Shown: one piece after another, positions 53,809-64,000 of the stretch | How positions within the stretch are numbered: position 1 is the first letter of the stretch | Layout of the letters: each line of letters starts with the position of its first letter | Origin: Antedon mediterranea | Taxonomy: Eukaryota; Animalia; Echinodermata | Length of the DNA stretch: 64,000 nt | NCBI RefSeq assembly: GCF_964355755.1 | Contig: NC_092677.1 | Span: forward strand, 1,014,101-1,078,100 | Direction: 5' to 3' | Translations under genes and position numbers: made by a program | Notes under the pieces: generated by a model | The model's input: the letters and a program-made list of their open reading frames with translations, nothing else | The model's database searches: none | What the model was told of the DNA's origin: nothing

Positions 53809-56800
53809 ATGTACATTGTCTTCGTGTTGTCCTGTATAATCTCAGCTGTTGGTAAGTACCACAGTAATAACAACAACTAACGTATTCCATTATTCTTAGT
53901 ATTCTTAAATTTTAAAGCAATGTGTTTATTATGATTAAGAATTTCAGTCTAGAATTTATACTGACATTAAATAAACAAATAAGGATAAATTTAACCTAAT
54001 CAATTAAACAAATAATATCATCAGGATATCCAATCATTATCGTTTGCTAGTTGCCGTACAACAGCTTACTTTTAAGCTTGGTTCCCATCAGAAAACGCAA
54101 GGACGTGGCACAATGTATCGACAGAATTTTTAGTGGGAACCAAGCTTCATGACCAAGTGCATGATTCCGATGTCATCCTTAAGCTTGGTTCCTAATAGAA
54201 GCGCAACGCAAGGACGTAAGCACAACGTAAGTAATTTGACCAATCATACTTTTGCTATAATATAATATAAAGAAAGAATTCATAAAGTAATAAACTGAAT
54301 ATCTTCTTTTTAAGAAAAATAAATGTATAAATAATCATATTAGAAAAACACTATCGCTTTTTGATGATGAACAACTCTAAAATGTATATAGGAAATGTTT
54401 TTTTTATTTTGTATCTATTATGCTTATTGTATTATGTTTTTTATGTAAAAGGGTCCTGCGAAAACAGAAGTGTAAATTTCTCTATGCAGGATCCTTGCCA
54501 TCATTTATGCTATGAAACTATATTTATAAAGGATGAGTAAATAAATGAATTGAATTGAATGGATTATGTGAACTTTCGCTTGTGATTGGTCAACTTGCTT
54601 GCGTTGCGTCTACGTCCTTGCGTTGCGTCTCTAGTGGGAACCAAGCTTTATGGTTCACCATTTACACTGCCTTCGCTGTTGTTGTCACAATCATTATTTT
54701 CATTTTAAAATTGATATTGTTATGAATACCAATATTTTACCTTGTCATTGACCATAGTACCCTTGACTGTTGCGCTAGAGGTTACAATAAGTGATGTGCA
54801 AGAATTTACCGAGAATTTAGACGCGTTACTGGCTTGCGACTACACACCAACCAGTGCAACGGGCGTTGATATATCGTGGACACGAGTTAATGCACAGAGC
54901 GACATTATTAATTTAGTAGTACGAAGTGAAGTGGTTGATGAATTCAAACCACGTATGGAACTCCAGGCTTCTGATAATTTCCAGGGTAACGGTGGTTTAA
55001 CAATTCATAATGTCACTAGAGAGGATGCTATGTATTATGTGTGTGCAGTATTCTCCACTAGTGATGGTCAAGAACAAGGAATAACTAGTTTACAGGTACA
55101 ATGTAAGTATTATCAATGACCAATGAATACTAAACTGGTATTTTACAAACCGTGAAAACACAGTAGTACTGTAAAGAATCTTTAACCTAATATTTGATAA
55201 TACTTGGATTATAACATTTATAAGTGTGTAAACGGAAGAAACGGAACCATTTTATTATATCATGCGTCACGACTTATCAGACCACTATAATCCTCTATTA
55301 TTATAACATGCGTCACGACTTATCAGACCACTATAATCATCTATTATATCATGCGTCACGACTTATCAGACCACTATAATCATCTATTATATCATGCGTC
55401 ACGACTTATCAGACCACTATAATCATCTATTTTTATTATCAGGAATGCTGATTCTATCTTTTTTGTCTACATCATTGAAACTATTTTTGATAACTGATAA
55501 TGTAGTTTAATTGTTTTGAAAATACTTAATAACTTTTATTTGTTGCCTTAACGCAATTGTGCTTGTTTAAAAGTTGCATATTCACACAGTCGTCAATTGT
55601 TTTTTTTTTTCAGGGAATTACAAGCCACAAATTACAAGTGATCCAGCTCCATATTCTTTGCAAGTTGGTGACAACGTAACATTTACGTGTTTATCTGAAG
55701 CCAATCCTACATCAAAAATAGCATGGTTGAAGAACAACGTTACCATCGACATGGATGACAGATTCACAAAGAACGAGAATGCATCTACTCTGCACATAGA
55801 TGGTTTAACTCGAGATGATCACGCCCTCTTTAGTTGTAGTTCAAGAAACATTCGAAAGGAAATCTTGAGTGATCAGATTGAACTAAATATAGAATGTAAG
55901 TGCAGTATACAAAGTAAAACATAATTTATTGTAACCATGTAAATCCTGCAGACACTGAAGACATTTACATGGCACTAAAAAATCTTTAAAAAAACAAACC
56001 AATCATTGTCATTGAAGAACAAGATATTGCATGTTCTATTAATCTATGAGATTAAGCTCTAATCCATTCTATTTGGTATTCAATCTATAAATCAAAAACT
56101 AAATAAAGAAATTAGTAAATACGATAAAAACTACTCATTCTAAACATTAAAATATCACTATCCGTCCCATAGCTATAAATGAATAGTTTGTATTTTTGTT
56201 ATCTCCGGAAGATCAATAATATTGGCTGTTTAACTATGCTAATGCATGCTTGCTTTATACCAGATGATCCGCCGTTGAATAATTCCAGATATAATAAAGC
56301 GAAGGTAATTTCCAAAAAGACAGATGCTTCAATTACAATTATTATTTCATTTGATTTCATTTATTGTTTTCGACAAAACGTTCGGGACTTTGAAAGGGAA
56401 GTTCCAGCATACAAATTACAAATATTTATTAACATGATGAAGATACATGTTTTAATAGATGAGCCAGAGATGTATTTGAACCAGACAGGCAACACAGTTG
56501 AATGCACCAGTGACGCGAATCCAGCAGTGTATCAGTACGAGTTTGAAGTAGACGGTAAAGTAGTGAGGACAGCCGACGCAGTGTACGAATTGAAGGGAAC
56601 TGAATGTGTTAATATCACGTGCTTTGGTACTAACAAAATAGGAACAGGCAACGCATCGGATATCGTGTGTCCTCTGTGTAAGTTTATACTGCCTTGGTTC
56701 TAAGTATCATTTAGTATCTACATTCTATTGGCCTAGATTCCAATTCTAATCGACGGCTACTCGATATTGATTAATTAAATTTAATCTTCTTATTTATAAG

Positions 56801-58726
56801 CAAATACTAAATACATAGATAAAACATTATTCAGAGTGTAAACGGAACAATGTTATTATTGCACTTGCACCACCTGATTGATCAGACTGTTATAATCATT
56901 TATTATTGTACTGAATGCCAATTCTATCCTTTTTATCTTCATTATTTTAAGTAGCTGTTAATGCTTTTGTTTGTTTGTTGCTTGTCAGTTGCTTCAAAAC
57001 ACAATTATGCTAGTTTAAAAGTTGCGTTCACACAGTCTTCAATTGCATTTTTAGGGAATTACAAGCCACAAATTACAAGTGATCCAGCTCCAGATTCTTT
57101 GCAAGTTGGTGACAACGTAACATTTACGTGTTTATCTGATGCCAATCCTACATCAGAAATAGCATGGTTGAGGAACAACGTTACCATCATAGAGATGGAT
57201 GACAGATTCACAAGGAACGACAATACATCTATTCTTCACATAGATGGTTTGACTCGAGATGATCACGCCCTCTATGGTTGTAGTTCAAGAAACATTCTAA
57301 AGGAAATCTTGAGTGATCAGATTGAACTAAATATAGAATGTAAGTGCAGTGTAGTAAAACATATTGTAACCAAGATAAGGTATATGAATTGAAAGGAGCT
57401 CATGAATGCGTTAATATCACGTGTTTTGGTACTAACAAAATAGGAACGAATAACGCATCGGGTATCCGTGTCCTAAATGTAAGTTGATAGGCCTCTATTG
57501 GTTCACATTTAGAATTTAAAGATTCTATAGATTCCAAATCCAATCAACGGTTAATATTAATTAACTAGCCTTAAAGCCCTTTTGGCTTATTTATGTTTCT
57601 CCGGCATAAGTGCATTCTACATAAAAAATTAACTGTCATGTTATTTCACAATGATGTATCTTATGAAAATAAAATTGAATTGATTTGAATTATTTCGTTA
57701 TTATTATATAATAAATAATTTATTATGTTTTATTATTTATTATTATTATATTATATTTATTAAATTTTTATTTACTTTTTGGAAGAAGTGGGAGAGGGGT
57801 TAGTTAGAAAGTATATCGAAATCAAAAATTCTGAAAATATAAATATTGTTATTATTATTAACTGGCAATTTGTTTTTATACTTCCATGTAGGAAATATTT
57901 TTACCGTTTGTCAGATAAATTAAAAAAAAGGTGTATATGTATGTATGTTAGCTTAGGTCTACTTATAAAAAAAGTAGTATAGTATAAACACTGGCCTAAC
58001 AATATTTTTTTTTCGGCAGGTGAATGTCTAACTGTTGAATGGCCGACAGTTTATCCAGAGCAAACAGTAGAAACATTGAGTTGGAAGACAAGACTGGTCA
58101 TCGTGAATGTTTGTGTTGGAATGCTAATTGGTGCCATTGTAATGTGTATTGGAATGTTTGTCTATAACAGATGTTATATAAGAGGTTTGTCGCTTTATAT
58201 TTAGACGTATTTTGGTAACACGTCAATGTTTATTTTAAAACATTCATGTCTCATGTGAAAGGTAGATACATAATTCACTCCCATGTTTACACAAATGTTT
58301 ACTAAATAATTGTGTTTGTTACTATTCTGTTGGTATTTGATATATTTTATTACCTAGATACATTTTGTCTTTATTTTTAGAAAACACGAAAACGAAAAAA
58401 CAAGACGTAAGTGTTAAAATATTGACTATTGATTTTTTTTATAAATAATTGCCAACAAAGAAAAAAAATAATCATGTTGATTTTAATTGGAGAAGGTTAG
58501 AAACGTATACCTTTGAATATTGACAAAACAAAACAACAAGGAAGTTTCCGTGAATATTATTTATGGCTCAGCCTGCTAGCCTATTATTATTTATAATAAT
58601 GACATTTGAACTTTCGTATTTATCTTGCAGATGTATATGAATTCCATAGTAAACGACTCCGACAAAGACCATTATGACGACTTACAAAACAAATTAGAAA
58701 TGCCGGCTTATCACAGTGTTTATTAG
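53809..58726 (+). CDS. IgSF type-I receptor B2 (paralogue or allele of B1) with shortened tail
   Basis: Exons 53809-53851, 54758-55102, 55614-55895, 56459-56677, 57055-57339, 58020-58184, 58381-58406, 58631-58726; an extra T at ~58721 ends the tail at YDDL-x8-YHSVY*. Confidence 0.85.
54247..54560 (+). mobile_element. ~310-bp LINE 3' end inserted in a MITE (MITE pair 54074-54648)
   Basis: Absent in copy A; TATGTAAAAGGGTCCT..TATGCAGGATCC matches the LINE 3' UTR at 1621-1675; (GAATT)n tail. Confidence 0.75.
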
Positions 58727-60615
58727 TATGATACAAAGTTCTGTCTACAAAAATGTGTGATGTGCCCAAATATGGTAGTAATATACTTAAATAATATGGT
58801 AGTGATATGACATCATCATGTCCATATGGGCACATCACATACAGTTTTATATGTAGACAGAGCATTAGAAAATACGGTAATACAATACAAAGCTTTAAAA
58901 AATAAAAATAAAATGAAGGAAGGTATCACTACATAATCTAGATATCCTCAAGTTGATACACTTAAATTGTATATATTACTATAAGTGGCATGTTTAAGTA
59001 TATCTGTACCAGTAAGAATGAGTCACGTCGTCGGTATTCAGTTGAAGAATACGACTTTTAAAAGCCCATTGTTGGTTTTATAATTATATTACAAAGTTTG
59101 TTACAGATTGCACAATACTTTGCAAAATATTTAACTTCCTTGTAGGGATGTACTAAACATTTTGTACACACCAGCGAAATTGAATGAACAAGGAGTGAAA
59201 TATTTCAGTTTTATTTCTTCTTTGATGAAGAAGTTTCATATTTTGCATATTCAATCAACTTTTTCTTAAATGATTTTTCTGATATGTTCACATCTGCTTA
59301 CAAAATAATTATGAATAACGACTATATTGAAGCAAGAACGAACGTAAACCATGGAGGTATAAAAATATGCGTAAACCGAACCCAGTACCATTTTGATTTA
59401 ATTCATGAAACTACCTCGTGCCATTATTCAGATATATTGACAGTTTTGATTGATATTCACATGAAAATAATATTGAATTAGCAAAAAAAAACATAACATA
59501 AACATGTGGAGGTAGTCATGTTTACTGCAGTAAAATAGGCCTTTTTGCAGTAAGTATGTATCATCATTTGTTGCTGCTACTTAGGGATGTATACCGCAAC
59601 ATGATTGATCATATTTCAATATTGATTTAATGTACACAGCAACACGGTAGACATTGTAACGATTGTTAATCTCATTTATTTATACAAGTAAAAAAAAACA
59701 CATACATGGTTTAGATTTGAGGGGTTAGTTAAAACACAATCAGATCACGACAAGAAAACCAAACTTCTAGGTTTCAGTTAGTAAAATTAGTTTACATTAA
59801 TTAAAGTTTGGTTTAAAAAAAATACAAGTAAACACTGAAAATTGTTAGTAACCTTATTACATAATTCAATTATGTAAAAAAATAATGATGAGTTAAAAAT
59901 TGAAGCTTAATATTCTTCTAATATTTCATTATACTTACTTACATGTCAGACCATGAAGATAACAGCATTTATGTCTTATGTGAGTTTTAAACAAAATTAT
60001 AAGCATGCACTAGATAAAAAAACAAAGCAAAGGAGATATAGTTATAAAACAAAGAACATTATGTTATTGATACAAAACATAGGCTAAGATATAAAATGTA
60101 ACATTGTAAATTCTAATCATTAATTCGTATTGTATAATTTTTAATTTCTATATAATATATTTTGTTGATAATATCTACCAAATGTATTAACTATAATGTC
60201 AGTCATTATACCATAGTGTAAAAATTAAATTTGTATGTACAAATTTAATCGAAATACCGAAAACTAACCTACTAAAATTACGCTAACATTAATGTTACAT
60301 TGTCATTATTGTTTAATGACCGTATATTTATATATGACTTTACTAATTATGATCATTTGTACATCAAAACATTATACTTTGTGACAACTCTATTACAATA
60401 ATTATGAATTCCTGTCCATTTTGTATACTCATAAAATGTCATGTGTTGGAATTTACTTTAATTTTACATTTTAATTTCAAACTGAGTAAATGAAATTGAA
60501 ATCCAATCTAAAAAATAGAAATAATAAATTCCATCTAGAGAAGGGAGCCCTCATTCAGAATGATAAATTCTTGTGATCTTTCAGGGGTCTGCTAAATATT
60601 CTACGAACCCTAGAA

Positions 60616-62824
60616 TCAAATGTCACTCTGGACGCTTGAATACTGTGTCTCTGGTTTTGTGCGAATATTTTCATCCTGTTTACCAGGATTGTTAAGATCC
60701 AGCTCAGCATATGCCAGTTGCTCTACGTTCTACATCAAGCAAATAGTACAATTTAAATATTATTATGATCCTAATTATAAATATTTTCAGTATTGTTTAG
60801 GTCGAATGTTTGATGGGCGGCGTTATTGGAAAAACCGTTGTTGATGCCAAGAATTTGTTAAAATTACACGTCTTTACTTACAGCCCCAGATTTCTTTGAA
60901 TCACTTGGTTTCGGCTTTTGGACGTATGCAGTACCATAACCACCAGTTAAACCTATTAATTCAGAGGTGTCTTTTGTGGTTATTACATTTCCAGCGGAGG
61001 TCCTAACCAAGTAAATGAAATTACATGAAATGGAATTATGTGATAATAATGTATGTGCAATTACTAGTAAATTATAGAATGAGTGCATAATAATTAATAA
61101 AAATACAGTACAGTATTTACATTTTGTTACCTGTGTTTTTTTTTTATAATAATACTTACACCCTCTCACTGAAACAATATTTTTTTCCTGTAAGAAGAAA
61201 TAGCAAAAAAAAAAAAAAAGTTTTGGCGAGAGGAAAAACTATATTTGACAATTCTGCTTTTATTTTCTATGGAATGGAGAGATTGTTTTCTTATATTCAG
61301 TAATTCATTAATTATAATTTCCTGTTATTCGTTTCACGGGAACGTCTCTTCTCAGTTAGGGGTGTACACTGAATAGGGGTGTCCTACATAGTTTAATGGT
61401 ACTGAGGTATAAGAAGCCCACTCATAATTATTTAGAATACATTTTACGAAAGGAACTACTTCACTACTACTAGGTTAGGTTCACACCCAAAACATTACTT
61501 ATCATTTTTATTAAAGGTGTTTGTGGAAAGCCGATTTATGATTGGTTTTTTGAATGGGATACATTTTAACTGAATTACTTTTTCTTATTATATTCTATGA
61601 GATAATTATTCTAAAAAAAATATTGAAAAGGATAGTTTTCAATTGGGTAAATCTTCAATTACAGTATCTCATGTATGTAGATAAAATTGCCAGAATATTT
61701 TTAAAGGGAATGTTTAAAGTTTTACGTTAATAGCCTACCAAAATTAGATATCCTGTAACACAGGCCTAAAAGGCTACAATAAAAGAATGCTACAGTATTC
61801 TTCATTTGAATTTTTGAACCTCCTAAATGCTTTTAAACCTAATAGAAAACGTCATATTCAATTTAGTAATTTTTTGTTATTAATATTCACACATTCTTAT
61901 CAATAACTTTATTCACAAACATGATTTTTTTAAATATAAAAACTATATATATATCAAATATTTTTTTTATTAATAATGTATGTTTTTGTTGTTTAGTAAT
62001 GTATTTTTGTTGTTTAATAATGTATTTTTGTTACATTAAAATTGTTTCACTACTGATATAACTTATAACTCTTGTTAGAGGACGTTTTTCTCGTTATAAT
62101 TACCGGTACGATTTTGTAGACAATATTCTTTGTAATTTGCAGATACACACTATTTAAAGGGAAATGTTATTATTGCTTTATGTTAATTGAACTTAACATT
62201 TTCGCAGTATGTAATACGTGAATAATTGATTATTATCCTATTTATATTATTGTTTCTTAGATTAGTAGTAGGCCTACTTTATTGGTATACATGACACCTG
62301 TTTTAAGGTCAACTATTCATTTTTCCAATTGTATAAGTTAAAACTATTAACTTACTACCAAAGATAAAGCCAAAATATAGGCCTATAGCAAGCACTATCA
62401 ATACAATCGTTACTGGTATAACAATTCCAACTGTAAAAAATAATATAAATTATTAAGTAAAAACAACACGACATTATGTGTATAAAATTAACTCTCTTAA
62501 CTTTTGCTTAACATAACATATATATTTTATGGAAAGGCAAAAAATGTGATGAAACAACCGACCATACTCTGTGCATTGTATCTTTAATATTTTACACATT
62601 ACGTCTTATGTATATAATTCATCAATTCTTACGATACATATTTATGTTCAATGTTTATTCTCCATAACCAGTATTGCTAAACTAGTTGTTTGAAATAGAT
62701 GCTCAGCTGAGTAGTTGGTAAACGTTTTATCATAAATTAGTTTTTAACCAATTTATATTTTCTGAATAAGACTCACCTATAAGATCAGCACTTTGCCCAT
62801 CACTGGGATTATAGACATCACTAG
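60616..62824 (-). CDS. Inhibitory-type receptor I2, 3' part (stalk, TM, ITIM+ITSM tail); ectodomain exons beyond the window
   Basis: Minus exons 62824-62777, 62430-62356, 61187-61160, 61002-60882, 60729-60616; phases 1-1,1-1,1-2,2-0,0 all join. Protein ..VGIVIPVTIVLIVLAIGLYFGFIFGRKKYC..NVEQLAYAELDLNNPGKQDENIRTKPETQYSSVQSDI*. Confidence 0.85.
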
Positions 62825-63201
62825 CTGTAATATAAAGTTAAAATATTCTTGTGAAAACTTTATGCGGTACTAATCAAACGGAAAAAAAACCCCACAAAAG
62901 TTGTTTTATAATAATTATTTTACATTCTGTGTTATAAATGATGATAACGATGACAATGTTGAAGTGAATGGAAACTTCAGACATATGGCCATCGTGCATT
63001 TTCTTGTGCAGCACCCATTTTGTGGAATAAACTGCCAATCGACATAAAGACATCTGAAAACATCTTTCAAAACACGACTAAAACCCATTTTTACACAGAG
63101 GCATTTCCTGCTTAACTTTGTCAAGCGCCTTTGAACATTATTTCTATGGATACTGGCGCTATATAAATCTGATTGATTGATTGATATTTGACAAAATTGT
63201 G

Positions 63202-64000
63202 CAGCATTAGCAGCAGCATTAGAATTAGCAGTAGCATTAGCATTAGAAGCAGCAATAGCATTAGCATTAGCAGTAGCATTAGCAACAGCATTAGCATTAG
63301 CAGCAGCATTATCAGTAGCAGCATTAGCAGCAGCATTAGCATTAGCAGCAGCATTATCAGTAGCATTAGCATTAGCAGCAGCATTATCAGTAGCATTAGC
63401 AGCAGCATTAGCAGCAGCATTAGCAGCAGCATTAGCATTAGCAGTAGCATTAGCAACAGCATTAGCATTAGCAGCAGCATTATCAGTAGCAGCATTAGCA
63501 GCAGCATTAGCATTAGCAGCAGCATTATCAGTAGCATTAGCATTAGCAGCAGCATTATCAGTAGCATTAGCAGCAGCATTAGCATTAGCAGCAGCATTAT
63601 CAGTAGCATTAGCATTAGCAGCAGCAGCATTAGCAGCAGCATTAGCATTAGCAGCAGCATTATCAGTAGCATTAGCATTAGCAGCAGCATTAGCAGCAGC
63701 ATTAGCAGCAGCATTAGCATTAGCAGTAGCATTAGCAACAGCATTAGCATTAGAAGCAGCATTATCAGTAGCATTAGCAGCAGAATTAGTATTAGCAGCA
63801 GCAGCATTAGCAGCAGCAGCATTAGCATTAGCAGCAGCATTAGCAGCAGCATTAGCATTAGCAGTAGCATTAGCAACATCATTAGCAGCAGCATTAGCAG
63901 CATTATCATTAGCAGCAGCATTAGAGCATTAGCAGAAGCATTAGCAGTAGCATTAGCAGCAGCATTATCATTAGCAGCAGCATTAGAGCATTAGCAGCAG
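63202..64000. repeat. Compound (AGC/ATT)n repeat, longer than in copy A
   Basis: Directly visible. Confidence 0.95.

Larger units (their letters stand above)
50082..64000 (+). repeat. Segmental duplication, copy B (runs off the window end)
   Basis: Starts with a copy of the last ~50 coding nt of A3; colinear with 26388-38475 apart from insertions at 50382 and 54247 and small indels. Confidence 0.95.

Overview
AT-rich, intron-containing animal DNA; a Deu/Nin-type SINE and the repeat landscape suggest a marine invertebrate, but that is inference. Manual splicing (GT-AG, exon phases) shows a tandem cluster of type-I immunoglobulin-superfamily receptor genes in three subfamilies. Family A (+ strand; A1 7632-14045, A2 15931-18978, A3 22444-26436, damaged A5 44298-50016) is leader-V-(C2/I)1-2-Cys-less Ig/PKD-like domain-TM with an ITAM-like tail YQDL-x8-YVNV. 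Family B (+; B1 28670-33259, B2 53809-58726) is leader-V-Ig-Ig-Ig-TM with YDDL-x8-YHSV, plus a terminal SVYKNV in B1. Family I (- strand; I1 35146-44243, I2 60616-62824, 5' end outside the window) is almost invisible in the ORF track and ends in an ITIM+ITSM tail (LAYAEL...TQYSSV). Together these look like a paired activating/inhibitory immune-receptor complex undergoing birth-and-death evolution. A >=12 kb block (26388-38475) recurs at 50082-64000 with reciprocal tail-truncating 1-bp insertions. Other content: LINE fragments, a Mutator-like foldback element, a hAT, a Helitron, MITEs, SINEs, a SINE palindrome, hammerhead ribozyme motifs and a strongly over-represented TAGGCCTA motif. All gene models are by eye, with no expression or database support.
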